Part shown: in pieces, positions 1-9,100 of the stretch
How the letters are laid out: each line of letters opens with the position of its first letter
Position numbering within the stretch: position 1 is the stretch's first letter
Virus record (IMG/VR): IMGVR_UViG_3300021091_005330
Coordinates: 1 to 64,000 of that record
DNA from: a virus
DNA length: 64,000 nt
Reading direction: 5' to 3' (one strand)
Made by a program: the position numbers and the translations under genes
Notes under the pieces: generated by a model
The model's input: the letters and a program-made list of their open reading frames with translations, nothing else
Told to the model about the DNA's origin: nothing
The model's database searches: none

Positions 1-402
1 CCACCTCCGCCACCTCCACCACCTCCGCCTCCACCGCCAAGTCCAGTTCCAGTTTCGCCTTCAAGCCCAAGCGCGCCAGCGACTACAAATCCACCTCCAC
101 CTCCTCCTGATTGTAGTTGTCCAGCAGGTTTTGTAAATTGCGCACAGTTTCAACTAAGTTGCTGTCCATGTCTGCGGTGCGAATGTGATAGACATATTCC
201 ACCAGATCCCCGCTGTACGAATTCGTGTTCACTATGCAGTGATCCTTGTCCTACCCCATTGTCTCAAGCTTGCGCGCCTTATGGACCTTGTGATTGTGGA
301 ACCGAATCTTATGATACATCTTATTATTGCGAATGTGAAAGTAAAGCTGTTACTTGTACGCGTTGCGCAACTTGTAGCAGTAGTAGTAGTAGTAGTAGTT
401 AA
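1..402 (+). CDS. C-terminal part of a poly-proline / Cys-rich putative virion protein (5'-truncated by window edge)
   Basis: Frame 1 is open from position 1 to TAA at 400-402: PPPPPPPPPPPPPPSPVPVSPSSP...DCSCPAGFVNC...CTRCATCSSSSSSSS*. Same Pro-then-Cys architecture as 11606..13804. Absent from the ORF track because it has no start in the window. Confidence 0.85.
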   Translation, partial: PPPPPPPPPPPPPSPVPVSPSSPSAPATTNPPPPPPDCSCPAGFVNCAQFQLSCCPCLRCECDRHIPPDPRCTNSCSLCSDPCPTPLSQACAPYGPCDCGTESYDTSYYCECESKAVTCTRCATCSSSSSSSS

Positions 403-404
403 AA

Positions 405-410
405 GTGTAA
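405..410 (+). promoter_or_regulatory. GTGTAA putative late-promoter element
   Basis: Recurrent intergenic hexamer, 15 nt before ATG 426. Confidence 0.6.
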
Positions 411-425
411 TTATTTGTACGAATT

Positions 426-1031
426 ATGAGCACTAGAACTCCTAAAATTTTAAAAGTCTCAAATCTACCTAATAATATATTTTATAATCAAAATAATAAA
501 TTTTTGCAAGGATATCTCGAAGACGAAGGAGTATATAATATAAAGATATTTATAGAAGAAAATGGAGAGATTTGTGAAAAAATCTTAAGAATAAATGTAT
601 TTAAAAAATATAAAAAATATATATATCCAATAAATTATCCTATCAATTTAGGATTTATTAAATATAATCCACAAGAAAGATTAGGGATTATTCCAAAGAT
701 AGAAATTTATCAAGATCCGTTTTTAGGTAATGTGTTAAGACATTCTGTTCTAGGAACAATCTACGTTTTTTCGAAAGATACTAATAATCAAATTTCCATG
801 AATATCAATAAAGATTTCTCTCTAATATTTTTAGATAAAATTATAGAAAAAGATACTGGTATTAATATACAACTTTCTTTAAAATATTCTTCATTTTTAA
901 GGAAAAAATATTTAACAATAAATGGTTACCCAGCTTATATTTATCATGGTGATAAAAATATGTACTCTATTGATGGAATTTATCTAAAAGGTTGGGGGTT
1001 TTTTAGGGAAACCGGTCAAAGAGTGTTTTAA
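426..1031 (+). CDS. Putative structural protein (He_PIG-like N-terminus, Lipoprotein_15-like C-terminal motif)
   Basis: NLPNNIFYN..LQG..EDEGVYNIKI resembles He_PIG. LTINGYPAYIYHGDK resembles the secreted-repeat motif. Confidence 0.45.
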   Translation: MSTRTPKILKVSNLPNNIFYNQNNKFLQGYLEDEGVYNIKIFIEENGEICEKILRINVFKKYKKYIYPINYPINLGFIKYNPQERLGIIPKIEIYQDPFLGNVLRHSVLGTIYVFSKDTNNQISMNINKDFSLIFLDKIIEKDTGINIQLSLKYSSFLRKKYLTINGYPAYIYHGDKNMYSIDGIYLKGWGFFRETGQRVF

Positions 1032-1035
1032 AATT

Positions 1036-1063
1036 GTGTAATTTATTTTAAATAGGTAAAAGG
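1036..1063 (+). promoter_or_regulatory. GTGTAA element plus AGGTAAAAGG leader motif
   Basis: GTGTAA 1036-1041, AGGTAAAAGG 1054-1063, ATG 1069. Confidence 0.6.
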
Positions 1064-1068
1064 ATAAT

Positions 1069-4000
1069 ATGGGACTCTATTATATAGAAAATCGACGAGA
1101 GTACAAACACAGTTTCAGTTCAGAAAGTGTAATGGAGGGAGCATATTATTACGTAGGAGGTCAGAGAGATAGTAGACCAGAAGCAAATTTTGGCAAAGTA
1201 AATATATATAAAATAAAAAATTCTTGCAGCAAACCAACAGAAAATTTTATATGGAGAAACAAAACTAAAACCTTTAAAGTTTGCAATACAAAAAATAATA
1301 AAGGAATTTCTTTGGTAGCATCTTATACTCCATACGAAGAGTGGCAGCATAGTCGATTTGATAATACCTTATCGTATAGCGACTTAACTACAGATGACAA
1401 AGGAAATACATATGTTTTTATATACGCTGGAAGTGGTGGATCAAAAAGTTTTATTAAAAAAATTGATATAAATAATAAAAGTTCTTTTTACTGGGGTTAT
1501 CCTGACTTTTTAGATCCTAAAAATGATGAATTACTTATAGGAGGTTGGAAAGAAACTAGCAATAAAGTATTTCAGGAATGGGGTAATTCTGCTATAGTTA
1601 GAGATGCTAGAGGTTATAAAAGTATGACTATAGATGAAGATGATAATATATATTTTATAACTTCTCAAAGAGGATCTGCTGCTGGAGGATATGTTTGGTG
1701 GGAACAGCAAAACGTAATATGGAAACTAAGCAAAGACAAAAAAATATCTAGATTGTGTGGTCATCCATCTGTTACTCTTTTGGGTCCAAATGAGTGGGAA
1801 AAAACTAAAAGGAAAAGTTTATATAATTTTAAGGCAGAAACATTTGATGGGAACGGAACTTCTGTAAGAATAGATACTCCAACTCACATTCAATATAGTA
1901 AAGGATATGTTTATTGGTTAGAAAATAGAGAGCTTATAAGAAGATCAGACCTTCAAGGAAATGTAAGATCATTAATTAGTAGTATAAGGAATAATTTTGT
2001 AAATTTTTGGAATTTTGAAATATATGATAATATTTTATATGTAATTGCTGATGGCACAAACCTAAAAAAAAATCAAAAACTCAGTGATCAAGCTCGACAA
2101 GATAAATCAATTTATAAAATTCCATTAGAAGATATTTTAGAATGCAAATCAGTAGAAGAAGCTAACAAAAAAATATTTGCGAATCCAGAAAAATATCATT
2201 TTGAAGTAGATACAACAGATCCAAATTTTGGATTTTATCTTAACTATAATACAATAGAAGAAGCCTCAATATTTAATTTTGGAGATCAAAGAAATGCACA
2301 AATTAAAATCGATGAAACTGGAACCAAGATGTATGTGCTAAACGCATGGTGGAAAAATAACTTCATCAGAGAAATAGATTTAAATACTGGTAAGGTCATT
2401 GCGTATGCAGGAGAAGTAACGCAAGATAGAATAGGATCAAAAAGCCAAGGATATAAAACCGTAATAAAAAAATCTGCATCTGGTTACCCCTATGAAGACA
2501 GTATACCTCTTGGATCAGACGTAAGCTATACAGATATCTCATGGACTAATCATAATCAAATAATATTTTTTCGAAATGATCCAATAGAAATTACTAGTGA
2601 TTTAAATGTTCAAGGAGAGTTTAATTCTTCTTTTATTTATCAAATAAAAGCAGATGGACTTCCTCAAAGATACTCTTTAACTGGATCGTTGCCCCAAGGA
2701 TTAACTTTTAACGCAAATACTGGAAGAATAACTGGAATTCCTACTGATACAGGAAAATTTTCTGTAGTTATTGGGGCAGAAAAAACTGAAAAAGGAGTAA
2801 AAATATTTGATACTAAAATTTTAGAAATAGGAATTAGTCCAAAAATAACGAGTTCATTAGAAACAATAGGCAAATATAATTCATTTTTATCGTATTTAAT
2901 AACAACTCAAGGATCTACTGATAATTTTGATGCAAAAGTCTTACCAAATAAGACAAACATAAGTACTATTGGTTTGAGTATAAATGCTTCTACTGGAGAG
3001 ATAAGTGGAATTTTAAATTCAGGCGGAGTTTTTGAAATAGAAATTTCTGCATCTATTCAGGGAATAAAATCTACAAGAATATTAAAAATATTCTCTTTAA
3101 GAATTACGAGTCCGTCTAGTATATCAGTAAGCACTAATTCTTATGTTTATTATAAAATAGAATATATAGGAGAACCAGATTCAGTAGAAGTTTTAGGTAA
3201 TTTACCAAATAATCTAGTCTTTAATAATGCATTCGATAAAAATATATCAGGCGTTATTGTAGGTCAAGCCGGAGTGACGATGCCTCAATTATTATTAAAA
3301 ATATCAAAAGGCTCAGTGATCTACACTCATCCTTTAACCATATCAATTGGTATTAAAATATTAAATACTGAATTAGAAAGAAATTTATCTCATTATGAAG
3401 ACTTTGAATATCAATTAGCTTTAGACGATGGTAATCAAATCTTTAATCCTAGTGGGGTAAGCGTCACAATATCAAATCTACCACAAGGATTAGTCTTTAA
3501 TCCTAATAATTTATTGATTTCTGGTAAAATTACAAATAAAAATATTACAGGTCTTTTTAATGCTATAATAAATATAACAAAAAATTCTATAAATGTCTCT
3601 AGAACGTTATCAATTAAAATACCACCATTAATTAATTATGATGGTAAAAAAATTGAAGTTCCTTTAGATAAAAATTTTGAATATACAATTGATGCTCCAG
3701 GTGCAATAGATTTTTTTGCGTTTGGTTTACCTGATGGATTTAAAGTAGATATAGCTAGAGGAGTTATTTCCGGAAAAGCTATTCCAGAATTAATAGGAGA
3801 ATATTTCGTAGAATTTTCTGCTTCAAATTTAGGCGGATCTAGCTCAATTAAAGCACTATTTTTTATAGGACCAAATTTTATTGTAACCAAAAGAAATAAA
3901 ACTGATAAAAATTCTTTTTATGGCAAGGGGCATGATCAAACATTTTTCTTAAATAATGAAGAGTGCCCGCTAATTTATTTAGAGAAAGGTAAATCATATA

Positions 4001-4902
4001 CTTTCGATCAATCAGATCCATCTAATGCTAATGACCGTTTAGGTATATATTTAGATATTAATAAAAAGAATAAACTAAAAGCGCAATATATAAAATCTAA
4101 AGGTACAGAAGGCGTTAATAGAATAATTACTATAACTATTCCTAAAGATTTTGAAGAAAAGAAATTGTATTATTTAAGCGAAACAAAAAATTATGTAGGC
4201 GGAGAAATAAAAATTGTTTCTAAAAATTATAAACTAAAATATAATTTAAAATTGTTAGTTTTTGGAGCCAAACATGACGGAGAAAAATATTATCTCCCAA
4301 ATAAGATATTGAATAATTCCTATTTATTGCGAAATGGAGGTGATTTATATTCAGACAAAGAAAAAGGTATATTAGCTATTTTGTCTTATCCAAAAAATAA
4401 TACAGATCAAGAAATTTCTTACAATAAATTTCCTATTCGAAAAGACATATTAGAGATCAATTTAATAAAAGATGGAGAGTTGCAAACAGATAAATTTCTT
4501 ATAAACTTTTTTGATAATGAATTAAGCTATTCGTATTACGATTATAATCCTGCATCAAATTGGAAAGACCTAGGAGATTTATACGAAAAAATTAATAATA
4601 TAGCTTTTAAAAGTAGTGGATTTTTAGATTTATCCACGTCAAATGATAGACAAATCTATCAGGACATTGGTTATCAACTAACCCCTTGTCGAGGATGCAT
4701 CTTAAAAACTAATTTAATTACTGGTCAAAATAATTTATTTAGTGGACAAATAGAAATATATTATGATACGTTAAAAATTATTAAAGACAACAAAGATTTA
4801 AGCATAATTAATACTAAAGATTTAAAGACAAAAGACTTTATAAGTAGTGATTATATTGGTTTTACTTGTAAAAAAACTTTTGAAGAAATCGAATTAACAT
4901 GA
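1069..4902 (+). CDS. Large virion/tail fibre-like protein (beta-propeller-like N-terminus, tandem He_PIG/Ig repeats)
   Basis: Repeats LPQGLTFNANTGRITGIP, GLSINASTGEISG, LPQGLVFNP, LPDGFKVDIARGVISG. LEKGKSYTFDQSDPSN motif is typical of phage fibre proteins. Confidence 0.7.
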   Translation: MGLYYIENRREYKHSFSSESVMEGAYYYVGGQRDSRPEANFGKVNIYKIKNSCSKPTENFIWRNKTKTFKVCNTKNNKGISLVASYTPYEEWQHSRFDNTLSYSDLTTDDKGNTYVFIYAGSGGSKSFIKKIDINNKSSFYWGYPDFLDPKNDELLIGGWKETSNKVFQEWGNSAIVRDARGYKSMTIDEDDNIYFITSQRGSAAGGYVWWEQQNVIWKLSKDKKISRLCGHPSVTLLGPNEWEKTKRKSLYNFKAETFDGNGTSVRIDTPTHIQYSKGYVYWLENRELIRRSDLQGNVRSLISSIRNNFVNFWNFEIYDNILYVIADGTNLKKNQKLSDQARQDKSIYKIPLEDILECKSVEEANKKIFANPEKYHFEVDTTDPNFGFYLNYNTIEEASIFNFGDQRNAQIKIDETGTKMYVLNAWWKNNFIREIDLNTGKVIAYAGEVTQDRIGSKSQGYKTVIKKSASGYPYEDSIPLGSDVSYTDISWTNHNQIIFFRNDPIEITSDLNVQGEFNSSFIYQIKADGLPQRYSLTGSLPQGLTFNANTGRITGIPTDTGKFSVVIGAEKTEKGVKIFDTKILEIGISPKITSSLETIGKYNSFLSYLITTQGSTDNFDAKVLPNKTNISTIGLSINASTGEISGILNSGGVFEIEISASIQGIKSTRILKIFSLRITSPSSISVSTNSYVYYKIEYIGEPDSVEVLGNLPNNLVFNNAFDKNISGVIVGQAGVTMPQLLLKISKGSVIYTHPLTISIGIKILNTELERNLSHYEDFEYQLALDDGNQIFNPSGVSVTISNLPQGLVFNPNNLLISGKITNKNITGLFNAIINITKNSINVSRTLSIKIPPLINYDGKKIEVPLDKNFEYTIDAPGAIDFFAFGLPDGFKVDIARGVISGKAIPELIGEYFVEFSASNLGGSSSIKALFFIGPNFIVTKRNKTDKNSFYGKGHDQTFFLNNEECPLIYLEKGKSYTFDQSDPSNANDRLGIYLDINKKNKLKAQYIKSKGTEGVNRIITITIPKDFEEKKLYYLSETKNYVGGEIKIVSKNYKLKYNLKLLVFGAKHDGEKYYLPNKILNNSYLLRNGGDLYSDKEKGILAILSYPKNNTDQEISYNKFPIRKDILEINLIKDGELQTDKFLINFFDNELSYSYYDYNPASNWKDLGDLYEKINNIAFKSSGFLDLSTSNDRQIYQDIGYQLTPCRGCILKTNLITGQNNLFSGQIEIYYDTLKIIKDNKDLSIINTKDLKTKDFISSDYIGFTCKKTFEEIELT

Positions 4903-6110
4903 ACTCAAATATATTTTTACTAAACAATATAAAGAGCATTAACAAAAAAATACAAGCATATACTCCTTCTGGAATAAGAAATGAAGATGAAAATCCATTA
5001 AATTCTGGAGAAATTATTTATTTTATAAATAAAATTGGTGATAGTGGATTAGAAAATAAAGGAATAAGTGGTTTAAAGATATTGAACGATATATCTTTTA
5101 TACCATTATCAGAATATTTAGGATATATATATACAGGCTTATTTAATCAATATGAAACTTTAGAATATGATATTGATGAAAATAATTTACCAAAAATAGA
5201 AAAAAGAATAGTAGAAAATTTTAATTTTGAAGAATTAATTAATAAAAATAATCTTTCAGATCGAATAGCTGTTGGATATAATCATAATCTAATAATTTTA
5301 AATGATGGAAGAGTAACTGGTTGGGGATTTAATACTTATGGAGAATTAAATATACCCTCTTCGATACAAGAAAAAACTGTAAAAGTTTATGCTGGAAAGG
5401 ATTATAGTTTTGCTATATTAAATAGCGGTATAATTACTGGGTGGGGAGATAATTCGTCTAACCAGTTAAACGTACCACCTGAAATAATTAATAGTGGGTT
5501 AGATTTAAGTTGCGGAAACGATCATGTTTTAGCAATTTTAAAAAACGGTAGAATAACAGGATGGGGAAATAATACCTTAGGTCAAATTAATATACCACCA
5601 GAATTACAATTTAACGCTAAACAAATTTTAGCTGGAAATGGTATTAGTTTCGCTTTATCAAATAATAACCAAATTTTAATGTGGGGAAATGTCTTTTATA
5701 GAGATAATATACCAATAGATATCCAAGGAAAAACAAAGAAAATATTTGGTCAATACAATCATCGATTAGCTCTTACAGAAGAAAACATAATATATGCGTG
5801 GGGAGAGAATAATGCTAATCAATCTATGCTTCCATTTGATCAATTCTCTTATTCTTTTTTAATAGCTTCTGCTGGAGAAAATCATAGTATAGCTATTTCA
5901 AATGACGCTCTTATAACTGGATGGGGAGGATTATATTCACCGATCCCTTCTGAATTAATATCTACAGGTATAATAGATTTATTCTGTGGGCAAAATCATA
6001 CTGTTGTTATTTTATACGATGGGAAAGTTACTGGTTGGGGAGTGACAATGGACGATTACGGTGACGCAATGAAAATAGCTTTCCCCGCTAATTTAAATTT
6101 ATTTGATTAA
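4899..6110 (+). CDS. RCC1/BLIP-II repeat beta-propeller protein
   Basis: Seven repeats of the form AGxxHxLAL..G.(I/V)TGWGxN..GQLN(I/V)P. Confidence 0.9.
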   Translation: MNSNIFLLNNIKSINKKIQAYTPSGIRNEDENPLNSGEIIYFINKIGDSGLENKGISGLKILNDISFIPLSEYLGYIYTGLFNQYETLEYDIDENNLPKIEKRIVENFNFEELINKNNLSDRIAVGYNHNLIILNDGRVTGWGFNTYGELNIPSSIQEKTVKVYAGKDYSFAILNSGIITGWGDNSSNQLNVPPEIINSGLDLSCGNDHVLAILKNGRITGWGNNTLGQINIPPELQFNAKQILAGNGISFALSNNNQILMWGNVFYRDNIPIDIQGKTKKIFGQYNHRLALTEENIIYAWGENNANQSMLPFDQFSYSFLIASAGENHSIAISNDALITGWGGLYSPIPSELISTGIIDLFCGQNHTVVILYDGKVTGWGVTMDDYGDAMKIAFPANLNLFD

Positions 6111-6118
6111 TATTAAAT

Positions 6119-6145
6119 GTGTAAAATATTAAGTAAGGAAAAAGG
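6119..6145 (+). promoter_or_regulatory. GTGTAA element plus AGGAAAAAGG leader motif
   Basis: GTGTAA 6119-6124, AGGAAAAAGG 6136-6145, ATG 6159. Confidence 0.6.
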
Positions 6146-6158
6146 AAAATAGTATTTT

Positions 6159-9100
6159 ATGCCAAATGATGAGCCTATAATTCTAATATCTCCAATAGAA
6201 ACCCCAATAGCGTTTGGAAAAGAGCTTGTGATAAGCTGGACTATTAATCCTTATGTAAATACAGAGATTAAGAAAACATCAGGTAATGCAGAGATTGTTT
6301 TAAATAGAACAGAAACTCCTTCGAAATATAAAAAAATAGCTTATTTTACTATATTAAAAAGTGGCAGTTTAACACTTAACATTAATGGAAAAAATGATTC
6401 AAATAATGAAACTTCAATCATGCCAGAAGAATATACAATTATATTAGATATAGTTGAAGCAGAAAATAAGAATTTTGATTTAATTAATGAATCAAATAAA
6501 AGTCTTTACGCTGAAGGAGGGTCTCAACCATTAACCGAATATAAATTACTACTTGAAGGTTATGGAGAAAATTATATATCGAATATTATACAAACAGTTA
6601 ATTATACTGAATCTACTGAGCAATTTTATTTAGAAGATAATATACCTCCTTCTAATCCAATCGCACCTTTAACAAACCTGTATCCTATACAAGCTATTTC
6701 GAGTGATCCTAGTATCGCTACTGTTTATTTCTTTACTTCTATTCATAGCCCAAATACTCCTATACCTAGACCAAGTTCTTCGAAAATTTGTCCAGAAAGC
6801 TATAATTGCAATAACTTTAATTTTGAAACTTTAACAAAAATAAACACTAGAGGTTTTACTTATTATCACGGTTTAATTATTGAGCCTAAAAAACAAGGCA
6901 ACGTAAGTATAAAGTTATTTCATAATTCAGATAGAAAATTTAAAAATCAAGAAATACCTTTTCAAATTATAAATTTTAATATAAAAAGAAAAGAATTAGA
7001 TGATCTTGGGATAAAGCCTTTCGATTTAAATGCTACCGCTTCAGAAGTTTTAATAAATAAAAAAATAAAAGTAGGCGCTTCTACTGGACCGTTTCCTCGA
7101 TATAATCAAATTAATCAAGAAATAAAATATTATGAATCTTCTATAATTTCTTCCAAAGAAATAACTACTTCTCCAATACCATCTGGTTCTAGTCGTTTAT
7201 TAGTAAAACATATAGATGAAATCATGGATGAAGTTTATTTTTCTGGAACATTCGCTTCTTTACCAGTTAATAATCAAATTAATACGACAATCATTGGATA
7301 CCAATCTGGAAATGATGAATTTTTACCAAAAGCTAATATTTTTGAAACAATTGCTATTGAACCTTTAGAGGTAAGCTGTAATTTTTTGCCAATTACAGGC
7401 TCTTTCAAACAGCAAATTGTATTAAATAATTTTATAGAAAATGGAAGACATTTCGATGCTCGAACTTTTAAAAATACAAACAATATAAATACTGGTATTG
7501 TTTTTAATTTTGTAGATGAAGATAAATTTAAAGTTTTAGGAATAACTATTTCTGGTAGTGGAGAAGGAATTAATACTCAATATATATTAAAAATTCCAGA
7601 AGGAAAACATTTAAGAGACACAAATGAGAGCTATAAAATATCCTGCGAAATACCAGCTTCAAAAAAATACAAAAGAGCAATTCTAGATTCTTTTTTAAGC
7701 TTAACTAAAGTACATATAAATGGAAAATTCGAATTAGGATCTGAAGCTAAAAAAGACGACGTCCTTTTAGATACTTATAATATAAAATATACCTACGCTT
7801 TGCCTTTTAATTTTTTATCTGATCTTAAACTTGAACCTGTATTTGCGTTAGGAGAGCCTTATAATAATGTTGAAGAGGCTTATGAAGCTAATCAAAATGG
7901 ACTGAACAAAAAATTTCTTGAAGACGATGTAGCAAAAATTAATACAATTTCAAAAACTATATTATTAAAAAAAGCTGGAACAATTAAGTTAACGGCTTAT
8001 CTCGACGGAGGATTAGCGTATAATGACTTAATAAAAACAATCACAATTAACATACAGAAAAATGTTCCTAAATTAGTTTTTCCAAATATACCTCAAAAAA
8101 AAGCTGGAGATGGTAAGTTTTCTTTAAATATCAGTACAGATAATATTGATGGAAAAAAGAATTTTTCAATTTCTAGCCCAATTGCTTCAATTAATGAATT
8201 TGGTGTAGTTAATATTTTAAGACAAGGAACAGCTACTATTACTGTATCTCAAGATGAAGACGACAAATTTTTATTCAAATTTGTATCTCAAAACTTAGTA
8301 GTTACCAAAGGAAATCAAGAAGTAAATTTTCAATTACCTAAAATTACTTTTGGTTTAGATGAATTGCCATTAGAATTATTTGCTTCAAGTAATACTTTAA
8401 ATCCAATTATATTTTCTAGCTCGAATTCTTCTATCGCAAGAATTGTAGACAAAAATCGTTTAGAATTTTTATCAGTTGGTAAAACTACTATATCTGCTTA
8501 TCAAACTTCAACCTTAGATTTTAATGCTTCAGAAATAATTTCTATCCCAATTACTATAAAAAATAAAACGGTTTTAAGTTTTCCTACTATAAAATATAAA
8601 AGAATTGGAGATATTAATTTTAATTTAAATATAACATCAAATAATCCTAGACAAATTATATATTTTAGCACAAATCCTTCAGTAGCAACCGTAGATGATT
8701 TAGGAATGGTATCAATAAAATCCGTGGGGGAAACAAAAATTATAGTACATCAAAAAGAATCTATTCAATTTTTACCAATTATTGAAGAAAGATTATTAGT
8801 CATTAATGATGAAAAAGAAATGACTACTTATCTAAGTCCTACAAATAAATATATAGATCATAGAGCTAAAAAATATAAAATAAGTCAAGAAGATCTTGTT
8901 TATAATTTAGATTTTCCCAGAAAGAACGAGGAACATGTTTTATTATTAGATTTAAACTTATATGGTTTTGAAGAAGATAAAATAGAAGATTGCGATATAG
9001 AACTTAATGCTCAAATATTAAAAACTGGTTATTTTTATCAAATGCCTAAAGATCCTATATTTTTAAATTTTAAAATCCAAGACGCACAGCATCCTTTGCA

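Noticed and set aside
185-436. ORF-track 83-aa ORF, and the antisense/shadow ORFs such as 12882..13229, 13124..13369, 24653..24877, 33643..33891, 47714..48079 and 63413..63661
   Set aside because: They overlap better-supported genes in another frame or strand and have no motifs; several are by-products of low-complexity tracts
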